The position numbers and the translations under genes were made by a program. Below, in pieces: positions 11,075 to 24,600 of a stretch of DNA of 64,000 nucleotides. How positions within the stretch are numbered: the stretch's first letter is position 1; every line of letters begins with the position of its first letter. The stretch is from Monocercomonoides exilis PA203 (taxonomy: Eukaryota > Protista > Preaxostyla): NCBI GenBank assembly GCA_001643675.2, contig LSRY02000030.1:1-64000 (forward strand), read 5' to 3'. The notes below the pieces were generated by a model. That model was not told the DNA's origin, searched no databases, and was given only the letters and a program-made list of their open reading frames with translations.

Positions 11075-11416
11075 AAGATCGATTTCACTATAACTGCAAG
11101 AAGAAAAATTCTGATAATTTTCCTCAAAACACACATCATCAATACAAACTCATTTGATATACAAAACTTTCTAAACAGCTTCATTTGTGCTCAAAAAAAA
11201 TAATATTTGAAAATTTGGAGAAATAGGATTTTGAGTTTCTCCGAGATTTCAATCATTAATTTTTTTCTTAGTACAAATGAAGCTATTTTGAAAGTCTCAT
11301 TTATCAAATGAGTTTGTACTGATGAGATGTGTTTTGAGGAAAATTGTCAGAATTAATTCTCTTGCTGTTGTTGAGAAATCGATCTTGCCCGGTATTTTGA
11401 GTGATGTCAGGTGTTT
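11045..11416. mobile_element. Hairpin/MITE-like element: ~160-bp diverged inverted arms around a ~50-bp spacer
   Basis: 11045-11204 is the reverse complement of 11256-11416 (for example AAAATACCGGACAAGATCGATTTC versus GAAATCGATCTTGCCCGGTATTTT, and TTTTCCTCAAAACAC versus GTGTTTTGAGGAAAA). Confidence 0.75.
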
Positions 11417-12101
11417 CATTTTTTTTTTTTTTTTTTTTTTATGAAAAATCATGCACTTTTGATTTTCTTTTTGTTTACAAAATATTTCAACTGAATAATT
11501 TCATTTCTTTAATCACAAGAGAGGTCATAAAACATTTTGTCATAATAAAGTTGACACTTGTGTCTGGGCGATTATTCTTGATGTCAAATTTTTCCATTCT
11601 AAATTTTCTGTTCGAAAAATTCCCTTGAAAATTTACAAATGAACATAGAAAAGAGAATATGCATTTTCAAAAGTCCATCGTTTTCAATTCAGCTTGAACA
11701 TTTGTTTTTGAAACACTTATGTTGTATTAAGCACTTGAATAAAGACTCTTTTCCCAAACATAATCGGAGAAAAGACAGAAGACCAAAAAAAGTTAAGATC
11801 TCAAAAAGAATCACACACATAGATATGAATAGATTATTTGTTTTCAAATCCAAAAATATTTTATATTGTTATGAGTAGAACAATTTTTTTTGTTCTATGT
11901 GAAAAAAAAACTTGAAAGTTCATATTTTCCCCAATTCGTTATATGCTGTGAATCTAAAAGTTGTTAAAAACATCTTTGACTTTAAAAACACAGAAAAGAA
12001 CTATGAAATCAAGAAGCATAGACGTTTTTTTCATTTTTGACTTCTGTATTACTTTTTTCTATCTTTTTTCAAATTCCTCATAAAAAAAAAAAAATTTTTT
12101 T

Positions 12102-12369
12102 TTAAAATATATATGGGTAATAATTTTTGAAAAGTCGCAAATGTTTAATTTTCAAATTAATAAAAATTTTCATTTTTGCTCAAATTTTAATTAACATACA
12201 CCAAACTTCACCAACAAGGAGTATATTTCTGGATAATGTTATTTCATTAATTCCAAATAAGATTCGTGAGTGGAAACAGAAATGTTAGCAAAATATGAAA
12301 TTTTTGATTTAAATGAAAATTAAACATTTGCGACTTTTCAAAAATTATTACCCATATTATATTTTTTAA
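12102..12369. mobile_element. Hairpin/MITE-like element with ~80-bp inverted arms
   Basis: ATATGGGTAATAATTTTTGAAAAGTCGCAAATGTTTAATTTTCA (12111-) is mirrored exactly at ~12314-12357. Arms are 12102-12180 and 12287-12369. Confidence 0.75.
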
Positions 12370-12374
12370 TATAC

Positions 12375-12417
<43 letters not shown>

Positions 12418-12418
12418 A
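12375..12418 (+). repeat. (TAAA)n microsatellite
   Basis: About 11 perfect units directly after the hairpin element. Confidence 0.95.
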
Positions 12419-13009
12419 GATGAAAAAGAAATTGCACCAAACTCAACAAATACAAACAAAAAAGTTTTTTCTTTCTTTCTTTCTTTCTTTGATTCTTATG
12501 ATTTGCGCAGATCGTTCTTTGAAACAATTTTCAATCAAGACATTTATTAGCAATTATTCCCTCCTTTAGGATCCATTTCCTAAATTTTTGCATTTAATTT
12601 CAAAAGTTCCTTAGAAAAAATTTCTTTATGTTTTTTTGAAATTTTATTCAAAAACAGCTTAAACTTAAAAGAGTGAATTCAAAATGTGTAAAAGAAAGAA
12701 AGAAAAGTGAAGAAAAATTAGATTGTTAAAAATTAAAAAGACAAAGTCCTAAACAGAAATATCCAAATATAGAAATTTTAACTATTACGATGAAAATTTC
12801 AACCTAATTTTTAAAGTGAAAAGAAAGGATATTCCGAGATTTATTTATGTTAACATATTATGAATTAAAACATACAAAAATGGAACGCACCAAATTTAAA
12901 AAGAGAAAAAAGAAATTTGAGAACTTTTCGTTTATACATACAAACGATACATAAATAATTGCTTTTATTTTGAAAAAATAAAATACAATAAAGATATACT
13001 CGAAAATAC

Positions 13010-14039
13010 CTATGAAATGTCAGTCTCTGGAACAGACGGAAGAGGAGTTAAATCTCCAGAAAACAAAGTGTGTCTTTTCTTTCTGTGAAGGGACTGATTC
13101 AAAATAAGCGATGAATCAGAATCTCCCAATATCAGATTCGAAAAGGAGGAAGCAGATGAAGCAGATGAAGAGCGAGATTGAGATTGAGGTTGAGGTTGAG
13201 GTTGAGGTTGAGGTTGAGGTTGATGCTTAGCTTGAGGTGTTGGAGAAGCAGACATCACTTTTTGAGGTGAAGTACAAGAAGACATTGGCTGTGGATAAAG
13301 AGAAGGATTGGGCTGATAATGCTGAAATGGAAGGGGAGAGAACTGAAGAGGAGACGAAAACATCTGAAAAGAGGGTGAAGTGAACAATGGGGCAAAGGGT
13401 ACATAAGGCGGGGGCTGTAGATGAGGAGGATGAAAAGAAGGAGAAGGAGAGGGTGAGAAAGTGGAAGAGGAAGAGGAAGAAGATGATGATGATGAAAGCT
13501 GCTGTTTTTGTTGCAGAAAAGGGAAATAGAAGTTCTGTTGGATGTATTTTGCAGCTTCTGAGTTGAGTTTGTAGATGAGGCTTTTTGAAGGGGCATACAT
13601 AGAGAATTGTGATGGAGGTGTTAAATGGGTATATGAAGTGGGAGATGAGTGAAATGGAACAGGAGGAGACGATATTACAGGAGATGTTGAGGAAGAGGGA
13701 GAGGAAGAGGAAGAAGAAGAGGAGGAGGAGGAAGAGGAAGAAGAGGAAGGAGGAGGAGGAAAAGGAGGAAATCCAGCAGAACGAGGCACACCTGAAGTGA
13801 ATGCAATGGATGGCATAAAAGAAGGAGAAGACAAAGGAGAGAAAGCAAAAGAATTAGGATAGTTTTTCTGTTCTGGATGAAATTGCATTCCTGAATGGTG
13901 AATGCTAATTGAAGGGTTGATGAGCTCAGAGTGATTGAGTGATCGAATAGGAGACTTGCTGTGTGAGTGTGTGTGATGATAGCTGTGATGGCGATGCTGA
14001 TGATGAACAGAGCGACTTCTGTGTCTTGTTTTATTGGCA

Positions 14040-14071
<32 letters not shown>

Positions 14072-15761
14072 ATGAAAAGAAGAATGAAGAGAAGAAGAAG
14101 AGGAAGAAGAGGAAAATGAAGAAGTTTTGTTGCCTTCATATCTTTCGTGTTTGTCTTGTGACATTTCTTTGATTTCATTTGAATGTTGTCTGTGTTTGTG
14201 ACTGGAATGACTATATTCATTGCTTTCTCTATGAGATGAATGGTTTTTGCGTTGAGAGGGAGAAATGGATTTTGTCGAATGTCTATCTGAAATGTGATGG
14301 TTGTGGTTGATGGACTTATATGAAGCATCTTCGGCTTTCATGAATTTGCTATCTTTTGTTGTTGAATAATTCTTGTATTCTTCTTCTTCCTCTTCTTCCT
14401 CTTCCTCTTCCTCTTCTTCTTCTTCTTCTTCTTCTTCTTCATATTCTTCTTCATCATATTCTTCCTCCTCTTCTTCCTCCTCCTCGTCGTATTTATCTAT
14501 CAAATTCTCTTTCCCTTTTCCAATAATGTTATATTCCATCACTTCTGTTATTATTTCCTTTGCTAAATCTTCATCACCATCTTCAATTTGATTATATTCC
14601 TTTTCTTTCTCTCTCTTCCCTTTTTGATCTTTATCAAAATAACCTTCTTCTTTTCCTTCTCCTTCTCCTTCTCCTTCTCTTTCTTCTATCAATTCAGAAG
14701 ATTCATTATTCTCCTTATTGTCTTCTTCTCCATTGCTCACTTCATCTTCTTTGTTGATGTTACTTCTCTTTGTTTGTCTGTCATTCATTCTGTTTTGTTT
14801 GTTTTGTTTGTTCAATTCATCCAATGAATAAGATGAATTGGAAGAAGAAGAAGAAGAAGAAGCTAATAATTTCTGATTAGAAGAGGAGAGAAATGAAGAA
14901 GAAGATTTAGAAATAGAAGAAGAAGAGAAAGAAGAAGGAGAAGGAGAAGGAGAAGGAGACAGAAGAGGAGGCGAAGAAGGAAGAGGATTTGTGGGCTTTG
15001 CATTCTCAAAACACGAAGAAACAAAAGAATTTGATTTGTTTGGCAGAAAAAGAGAAGGGGAAGAAGAAGGAGAAGAAGAATTGGATGAGAAAGAGGAAGA
15101 TATAACAGAAGAAGAGGAGGAAGAGGAAGAGGAAGAGGAAGAGGAAGAGGAAGAGGAAGAGGAAGAGGAAGAGGAAGAGGAAGAAGAAGATAAAGAAGAA
15201 GGAGATGGAAGCAATGAAGATGTTGTTGATGTTGTATCATTTGTTGAATGAGAATCAAAAGAAGAAGATGATGATGATGAGGAAGAGGAAGAGGAAGAGG
15301 AAGAAAAAGAAGAAGAAGAAGAAGAAGGAATAAGAGTCTGAAGAGAAGGCAATTGATGATCGAGAGAAGAAGGAGAATGAGAAGTGACTGGAAGAGAAGG
15401 AGCAGAAGAGACAGAAAGAAGAAGCTGTTTCTCTTTTGAGGGAGAAGAGGAAGAGTCGAATGAGCTTGTCATCCAACAGACAGAAGGCTCAGAGAGATGA
15501 GGAGTGAGGTTGAGAGGAGAAGGAGAAGGAGAGGAAGAGGAAGGAGAAGAGGAGGAGAAGGAAGGAGAAGGAGAAGGAGAAAATGGATTAGATGGAGAAG
15601 AAGAAGAAGAAGAAGAAGAAGAAGAAGAAGAAGAAGAAGAAGAAGAAGAAGAAGATGATGATGATGATGATGATGATGACACAGAAGAAGAAGAAGAAGA
15701 AGAAGAAGAAGAAGAAGAAGAAGAAGAAGAAGAAGAAGAAGAAGAAGAAGAAGAAGAAGAA

Positions 15762-15812
<51 letters not shown>

Positions 15813-17079
15813 GGAGCAGATGAAGAATAAGAAGAAGAAGAGAAAGAAATAGCTTGAATAGCCTTGTGAGCCAAGTCAAAAGGAATAGAAGCACCTGAGT
15901 GAGGGGTGAGGGGGAAAGGAGAAGGTGTAGAAAGAGCAGAAGAGCAGAAGGAAGAGGAATAAGAAGGAGAATTTTCAGGCGAAGAAGAAGAGAAGAGGTA
16001 AGTGGAAGGAGAGCTGTTTGTGAGAGAAGAAGAGGAAGAAGAAGCATTCGAAGGAGAAGAGGAAGGGTTGGATGATGCAGAAAGAGGAGGAAGAGGAGGA
16101 GAAGGAGATGGGATGTGAGAAGGAAGATGAGAAAGATGAGAAAGATGAGAAAGATTAGAGAAATGAGAAGGAAGATGAGAAGGAGAAGGAAGAGGATAAA
16201 GAGAAGGAGATGTTTGGCAGCCAACACTTGATGTCTCTGCATTTCTTGTTTGATCAAATGGACTTTCATTCAAATTGTATTCATCTTCTTCCTCTTCTTC
16301 CTCACCTTCTCCTTCTCCTTCTCCTTCTTCATACTCTTCCCACTCATCTCCTTCATATTCATTATCTTCAATATCAGCATTTCCTTCTTCTTCGCTTCTT
16401 TTTTCTCTTCTTTCGCTTGTCGTTGATATAAAATCAATTGCTTCTTCTTCTTTCTCTTTTTCTTTTTCTTTTTCTTTTTCTTTTTCTTTCTCTGTTTGCA
16501 TCACAATCTGAAGAAGTTCTTTCTTTTCTGTATTTTCATTCATAATTTCATTGATAGAAGTATTCTGATTGACTGGATGAGAAAGATCTGTTAATGTTTG
16601 TTTCTTTTGCTGTGGAGAATGAGATGGTGAAGAAGAAGAAGTGAAAGATGAAGAATGTGGAAGAGGAGAAGATAAAACGGAAACAGAAGAAGAAGAAGAT
16701 ATTTGCTGTGGTGATTGAGTGGATATAACAGAATTTGATGATGAAGATGACGAAATATTCTGTTCACTTTTTTGTGTTAGAGATGATTTTTCTGTTTGTG
16801 AAGAAGAAGAAACAATGTTTGATTCAACAACATCTTCTGAAATATTCTCATTTTCTTTTATTTCTTTCTTTTTCTTCTTCTCTTTTTGTGCATTCTTATT
16901 TTGATTGTCTTTTTGTTTGTAGCTTTTTCTAATCAAAATTCTGTTTATCTCTTCTTCTCCTTCTTTATCATCATCATCATTTTTATTATCTTCTTCTCTT
17001 CCTCCTTTTTCATCTTTCTTCTTCTTTTCTTTCTCTTTCTCCTTCCTTCCTTCTTCTTTCTTCTTCTTTTCTTTCTCTT

Positions 17080-17111
<32 letters not shown>

Positions 17112-18824
17112 TCTTCTCCTTCATCCCATCTATTCGTATTCATCATTGGTGTTACTAATTCTGTTTCTGTTCTGTTTATCTCTTCAATCTCTATGTCTTG
17201 TATATTCCTTCTCTTATTCTCTATTGTTAGATCTCTTTCTCTCTTCTTTTCTTCTTTCTCTTTCTCTTTCTCTTTTCCTTCTCTTTCTTCTTCTATTTCT
17301 ATTTCTTTGTCTTTTTTTATCTTGTTAATCTTTTTCTCATCAATTTTGTTGTATTTCTTCACATTTCTTTTGATTTCTTTCTCTTTCTGCTCAATTTCTG
17401 TTGCTTTTTCATTCATTTTTATTGGCTCAATCATTTCTTTCTTTTTCTCCTTCTCTTTCATTTCATTTTTCTCTTTCTTTTCTTCCTTCTCTTTCTTCTC
17501 TATCTTTTCGCTGTGGATGATTTCAATCAACAATTCTATTGCTTCTTCATTCTCTTCGTTCGTTTCATTTGTTTCATTTTCCTTCAAATTCTTTTTCTTT
17601 TTCTCTTTCTCTTTCTCTTTCTCTTTCTCTTTCTCTTCCTCTTCCTCTTCTTCTTTTGTTGTTTTTTCAGAATATTTCATTTTTTCATTCTTTTTCTTCA
17701 TTTCTTGTATATTCTGTTTTCTTTCCTCTTTCTCCAAACAATCTTTTTGCTCATCCAAAACATTCATTTTTGAATGATTTTTCTTATTTTTGTTGTTTTC
17801 TCTATCAAAAACTTCTTCTTTCTCTTTTCTTTCCTTCTTTTCTTTCACTTCTTCATTTCCTTCTTTCATTTCATCAATTTTAATGGAATTATTTTGAGTT
17901 TCTTTGTTTATCCTCCTTTCTTTCTTCTTCTTCTTCTCTAATTCATTTGAATTCTCTTGTTTATTCATCTCTTTCTTCTCTTTCTTCTCATTCATCTTGT
18001 TTGTTTCGTTAATATTGCTTATCTTGTTTATCTTATTTATTTTCTCATCTGTTTTCTTGCTTTTCAATCGTTTCTCAATCAATTCCTTCTCTTTAACATT
18101 ATCATCATCTTTTTCTTCTTCTCCTTCTTTTTTCTTTTCTTTCTCTCCTTTTTTTATTTCTTCTTCTTCTCCTCCTCCTCCTCCTTCTTTCTCTCCTCCT
18201 TCTTCTTCAGAAGAGACATTAACATCAGACACTAAATGAACAGAGGGACAATTAGCAGTCAAAATGAATGAAGATATTTCTGATGAAGAAGATGATGGTG
18301 ATGGAGAAGAAAAAGAAGAAGTTGAAGAAGAAGAAGATGGAGAAGAAGAAGAAGAAGGGGGAGGGGGAGGGGGAGGAGATGGAGAAGAAGATGAAGAAGA
18401 TGTTATATTTTCGTCAGAAGAAGAGAAATGAGATTGAATTGGTGTTGTTGATAAGGCAGGAGACGAAGGAGGAGAAGAGAAAGAAGGAAAATGATGGAAA
18501 GAAGAAGGAGGAGAAGGAGAAGAAGAAACAGAAGGATGAGAAGAAGGAGAAGAACAAGAAGAAGAGGATGATGATGATGATGATGAATTTGTTGTTTTGA
18601 TGCTTCTTCTTATTTTACTTTTATTTCTGTTTCTGTTTGTGTTGTCATTTGAGTGTTTTGAGGGAGAAGAAGGAGACAAACTCAGAAAAGATGAAGAAAT
18701 ATCATCTGAACTGTGGATATTTGAGATGTTATGAGAAGGAAATGAATTTGTGTTGGAAGAAGAAGAAGATGATGATGATGATGATGATGATGATGAAGGT
18801 GAGGAAGAAGAAGAAAAGGAGGAA

Positions 18825-18859
<35 letters not shown>

Positions 18860-19562
18860 AGAAGAAGAAGAAGAAGAAGAAGAACTCCTCAAACAAGAAT
18901 AGCAAAATGAATGAGAAGAAGAGATGAGACGAGGAGTTTTATCAACAAAAGAAGAGAGAGGTTGATTCAGAACATCAAATACATCATCATCTGAAGAGGA
19001 GGAGGAAGAAGAAGAAGAAGAAGAATGAGAAGAAGAATCAATTGAATAGCAGCAATTGGATGAAGTGAATGGAGATAATGGAGACAAAGAAGATAGAGGG
19101 GTTAGAGCAGTCAATGTAGCATCAATATCAACAGAAGAAGAAGATGATGACGAAGATGAAGATGTGACAGAAGAAGAAGGAGCAATTGAAGAAGAAGATG
19201 AAATAGAAGAAACAGAAGAAGAAGTTCTTTTGATATTCTTTGTTTTAGAATCAATTATTGATTGAGCTTTTTTATTGTTATTGTTATTGCTAATAATGAT
19301 GTTTGTCTTTTCAGATGAATCTAATGATTTTGAATCATCTAAGCCAGTTTTATTCAATTGCTTTGCTTGTTTCATCTGTTTCATTTGTTTTCCTTTCTGT
19401 TGAGAAGAAGATTTCATTCTCTGTGTGAATGAAGAGGATGAAGGCAGAGGACGTCTTTGTGTGTCTGATTGGATGGAAGATGAATGAGAGAGAGAATTCG
19501 AACTGGATAAACGGCGAATGAATGGAGAAGAGGGGAGTTCTGATGAAGATGAGGAAGAGGAG

Positions 19563-19600
<38 letters not shown>

Positions 19601-21111
19601 AGAAGAAGGAGAAGGAGAAGGAGAAGAAGGAGAAGGAGAAGGAGAAGGAGAAGGAGAAGAAGAAGTGAAATGGTTGATATTGTCTGAATTTGAAGAGTAA
19701 ACAGAAGGCAGAATTTGAGAAGATGGCAAAAAAAGAGTATTTTTTGAGTGTTTTGGTAAAGAGATAGGAGAAGACATAGAAGAAGATGTGGAACTTGAAG
19801 AATTGGAAGAATTTGAAGAGACAGATGAGAAAGAATAACGAGAAGGATAAGAAGATGAATTCGAAGTATTTGAAGAATAAGAGGAATGAGAGGAATGAGA
19901 AGGAGGAGAAGGAGAAGAGGAAGAAGAAGCACAACAAGATGAATTGGTTGAAGGTGTTTGAGGAGGCATATCTTGTGAGTAATCAGCTGCTGAATACATC
20001 GAAAAGGAAGAATTCGAAGAAGAAAAGGGAGAAGAAGAAGAGTAAGGTGAAGAAGGAACAGAAGAAGGAGGTGAAAGAGATTTCGAAATAGATGCTTTTC
20101 CAGCTGGTTCTAATGAAGAAAGCTTTCGTTTGCGTCTGGACTCATAATAATCAATCAATGGAATTGTGGGTGCCGGCAAACGGGAAGCATATGGAGAACG
20201 AGGTTTAGGTGATTTTGTGCTTGTCATCGAAGCTGTCTCATTCTTTGTTGTTTTCAATGAGCGTATTTTTGGTGCTGAAGTAGATGATGGTGATGTTGTG
20301 GATGAAATTGGTATTTGCTGAGAAATCTTGTTTGAGGCTGGTGACACTGTTAAACCAGACTGGCTCATTTTGGTACTCGTCTCAACGCTTTGAAGCGATG
20401 GTGGTCGATGCCTGGTGAATAACGGTTGCTTCTTTTGAGGTGAAGTTTCACTTTTGAGATTAATTGAATTTCTTTGAGAAATTATTGTGGTATCGGATTG
20501 TTTGTCGTTTGAAACATTAAAATCACTATTTATCTGAATAACCTGAGCATTCCTCGTATCAAAAAATTTATCAGCTGATTTTTTCTTTTTCTTTTTCTTC
20601 TTTTTAACAGGTAAATTACTTTTTTCTTTCTGAAAAGTTGTCATAGATAAAACAAAAGTTGATTCTTCATCTTCATTTTTTGAAATTGATGGCAGCAATG
20701 TACTTGTACCGGTGTTGCTGATGGTTGTGTTTGTCTTGAAAACCTGTTCATTCCGCGAAAAAGTTTCTTCCTCAGATGAATTTTTATACAGATCTCTTGG
20801 AGGCGGAACGTATTGTTTGTTATACGTAAATGAATGTGTTGATGCTGGGGGAATATGAAGCAGTTGTTTGGCGTCAGTGCCCGTTTTGGAAAACGGTGGC
20901 AGCAAAGAATCATTATCAGAAAGCTGTTCCTTTGTTTCTGGTAATGTCGTGCCTGAAAGTTTGTGTGCATATAAATACTTTCTTGTTTGATTAGAGCCCG
21001 CTTTTATAGTTGTTGTTCCTTTTTTCTTTAGTAATGCAGCTGAGAAAAACAGTTAAATTTTGAAATATCAACAAATGTAAAACAAAATAAAACAATACCT
21101 GGCTCGAGCAT
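13010..21111 (-). CDS. ~2680-aa low-complexity Ser/Pro-rich and Glu/Lys-rich protein of unknown function, 2 exons
   Basis: Uninterrupted 7.9-kb ORF. The likely start is ATG at 21111 (exon 21111-21099), and the GTATTG...TCTCAG intron at 21098-21040 restores the frame into the long exon. No recognisable domain. Confidence 0.8.
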
Positions 21112-21583
21112 GATAACGACAACTATAGTAACAGTTCTCTTCGAAAAATTGTGTATCCAATGCTATTTAATTCGAATAAATGTAAAAGAAATAGATCATT
21201 ACCCTTATTAACAGTAATCTTTATTAAAAAACAAACATTTTTTGAAAAAATGATTTCCTTGAATGGTGTAATCAAAACAGAATTAATAATGACATTCAAA
21301 AAAAGCCTCTTACGAATATTTTATATTAAGAGTAATACTCTCCAAAATTCATAAACATACCATAAAAACTAACAAAAAAATATTGATTGAATGCAAAAAC
21401 GAAAAAGCATCCTTTACAATATACACATTTTCATTAACATATTATATCAAAATATTCTACGCTCTCAAAATGACTCGTTCAAAATTTTTAAAAATAAAAA
21501 AGATAAAGATCAAAATAAAAACAAATTTTAAAATCGATTAAAATCGCTTGCGCTATACATACAAAAATAAAAAAAAAATTTCG

Positions 21584-21634
<51 letters not shown>
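21584..21634 (+). repeat. Poly(A) homopolymer (~51 nt)
   Basis: Read directly from the sequence. Confidence 0.9.
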
Positions 21635-21636
<2 letters not shown>

Positions 21637-21669
21637 ATAAAAATTATCAGAATTTAATACAAAGATATT

Positions 21670-24600
21670 TTACTCTTCGAAATGAGGAGGAATTTGGTCC
21701 TTGGGGATTAAGCGACTGAGATAGAACATTGGGTCAATAGGCATCTGATATGGGAAGAATTGCTGGTTGATAGAGTTGAAATACTGTTCAGGATGAAATA
21801 CCTCCAAAAGATGGTTTGAATTCGCACTGGGAGGATTGCTTGAGAGAGGAGAGGAGAGGAAAGAGTGCTGAGAGGAATACACTTCTGCTGATGGAGTCTC
21901 AATGCTGTTGATTGAAGAAGACAAAGAAGTCGAATTTGTAGTCTTGTCGTTTTTGTGATGTGGCGGAGGAGGGTTGTCTGTTGGATAGAACGATGTTGGC
22001 AGACGAGAGGGAAGGCTGCTCATGTCGCTGTCAATGTTCCTGTTTGTGTCGCCTGTTAAGTTCGAGTTGCTTGAATGATACTGTTCATAATTAGGCTTCT
22101 TCAATGATCCCTGTAAGAGAGGCTCTTGTTCCAATCCTCTTATCCACTCTGGAGCAGGAACTGTGTCAAGCTGGTTGTTTAATGACTTTGATAACTTCGA
22201 TGGAGAGGAAGAAGAAGAAGAAGAAGAAGTTAAATCCGAGTCAGATGTGTTGATGGAAGGAAACCTGCCAAACCCATTCTCTGATGTTGTTGTGCTTTTC
22301 ATGCCATGGTAAATTGTTGCCATTGAGAATGCGACTTCTTCTGTTGGGTTGTTGATCACTTTCTCTCTTCGATTCCTCTTCTTTTCTGAGCCTCCACTCG
22401 TGAAAAACGTGAAAAACTTGTTTTTGAGTAATTTCAAAGAAGAAGACATCTTGTCAGCATCATCACCATTCATTCCATTGTTCAGCTTTATCCCCTTTCG
22501 CATTTTGCGTCTCTTTAGCAGCAGAAGAACAACAACCACAGCAACAATTGTTGCAATCACAAGCACAACAGACACAACAATTTCAGCAGTTGCTCTTTTG
22601 CGTGGCTTCTCTTCAGGAATGTTGTGTTGCAGAGGAGCTATCTCCACAAAGTTCGTGTGTGGAATGCTGCTGAATGGAAAAGGCATGTCCTCTGTGTCCC
22701 AGTACATCATCACACACCCCATTTGGTTTGTTTCAGCAGAAGGCTGCAAAATAGCTGAGGGCAAATGGAGAAATGCGTGTGTGTCATCCAGAAGCTCAGA
22801 AAATTGATATGCGAAATTATCGCGAATTGTGAAATTGCCTCCATTTGAGTCCTTTTCAGCCAGACACAATGCAATATTGCAATCCATCAGTTGTGTGCCT
22901 GTGATTTCAAGTGTGGATATTTGTCCTTCTTCTGAAGATATCTTCACAGAAGAGACTGTAGGAATGAAAAGCAGAGATGGCAAGTCTTTCACTGCTTCTC
23001 CAGAAACAGTACATCCTTCTCCTTTTGTCAAAAAAAGAGACGGAAAAGAAGGCGTCCCGTCAGATCCTTCTCTCAAAGATTCAATCACAATTTCTGAAGT
23101 TGAAGCTTCAAAATATATATCGTTGTTGCTTTGTTTTTTCTCCTTCCATCGTGATCCACATCGAATATTTCGATGAGCAGACAGAAATTGTGGAATGTTC
23201 TTTGTATTTCCAGAAAACAAGCACTCAGAAATCTTCAATGATCCTCCTTTCACAAACACAGGGCATATTGACAGTTGAGTGAAAGTTGTGTTTGAAAGAG
23301 TCGTTTTGCACTGAGAAAAGTGCAAAACAGAACCATTCCAATTGCATATTGGCTCGTTGTCTGAGCCTTTTGAATGGCTAAAAGTTGAATTACCAAAATG
23401 AGAAGCTAATAAAGTGTGTTCAGAAAAGGATGCACCACAATTTGAATGTTGCATTATCAAATTTTCGGAATCTGAGCTTGAAATTTTGCAGTCTTCAAAT
23501 AAAACCTCGCATTTTGCAAGTTCAACTCCACATCCTTCCAACTGAGAACTAACACAGTTAATAAATTTGCATTGTGAAAAAGAAAACTTATACAATTCAT
23601 CATCATCACCTTCTTCTTCTTCAAAGTCATTACGTTTCATTTTATTCTCTTCAGTTTCTTCTTTGTTATTAGTGCTTTTCTCTGAGTCATATTGCAAATG
23701 ATCGAAATTGTTGTGGAATCTGTCTTTCAGACCAACAACAGCAGCATTCAAACTAGACGACTTGATAGAAACAAATTGACACTTTGAGAATTTCTTGCAG
23801 ATGTTCTGCTCATTCATTGTTCTCTTCCCATTCAAATCTAATGAATGAAATCTGCTTTTTCCATCATTTCTCATTCTTCTCAAACCAAAACCAGCAGATG
23901 AACGATCATTCAGGTCAAAGAGAGCACCTCTATCAACAGAAACAGATTGGAAGTTGCAATCATCCACAACAGAATCAACATCCAAGCCAAAAACAAAAGG
24001 AGAGATGGCCAAATGTTGCCCGATGAATGAGCTATGCAACAGCGAAAATGAACCCAAGACAGCTTGAACAAGGCTGATTGGAGCAGAAGACTGAACGCTC
24101 TGAGACTCGCTGGAGACAGTTGGCAGTGAGAAAGTGCAGAATGAAAATGAAAAAGACTTCCCACATGAGTAAAATATGGCTGAATATTGAGAAGATGCTA
24201 TCTGAGAAAAGCCAAGTGCATCGATGTGTATGTGCACAACAGACAAGTCTCCTGTGTTCATCACAAAAGAACGATGAGTCGTCTGCATTGACTTTGCAGG
24301 CGAAGATGAAGGACGCATAATTAATGTCGCTATGGAATCATCTTTCAGATCTGATGATCCTTTTTCATAGCTTCCATTAAGAGAGTGGTCAGTTGTGTAG
24401 GAAAAGTCAATAACTCTTAATTCATTGTCTGTTTGTGTCCATGCTTCGTCTTTGATTTCAACGTCAGACAAATCGACTTCTCTTTCCAATGCAGCCACTT
24501 TAACAATCAGACATTTTGCATTTTTTGTGGGGAGAAGATGGCCCATCCCATCAATTATGTATTTGCATGCTGATTCCTTCGATGCACCGCAGTCTTTTGC

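Noticed and set aside
8201-12184. TTTGAGCAAAAAT inverted match as candidate Sola2 TIRs
   Set aside because: Only 13 bp in very AT-rich DNA, and the right copy lies inside a separate hairpin element, so it is not distinguishable from chance.
13255-20091. Dozens of short overlapping ORFs (poly-E, poly-K/M, poly-L/H)
   Set aside because: They are alternative-frame and antisense shadows of trinucleotide repeats within the long ORF.
21584-21634. Retroposon poly(A) tail
   Set aside because: No target-site duplication or recognisable SINE/LINE body could be identified upstream.
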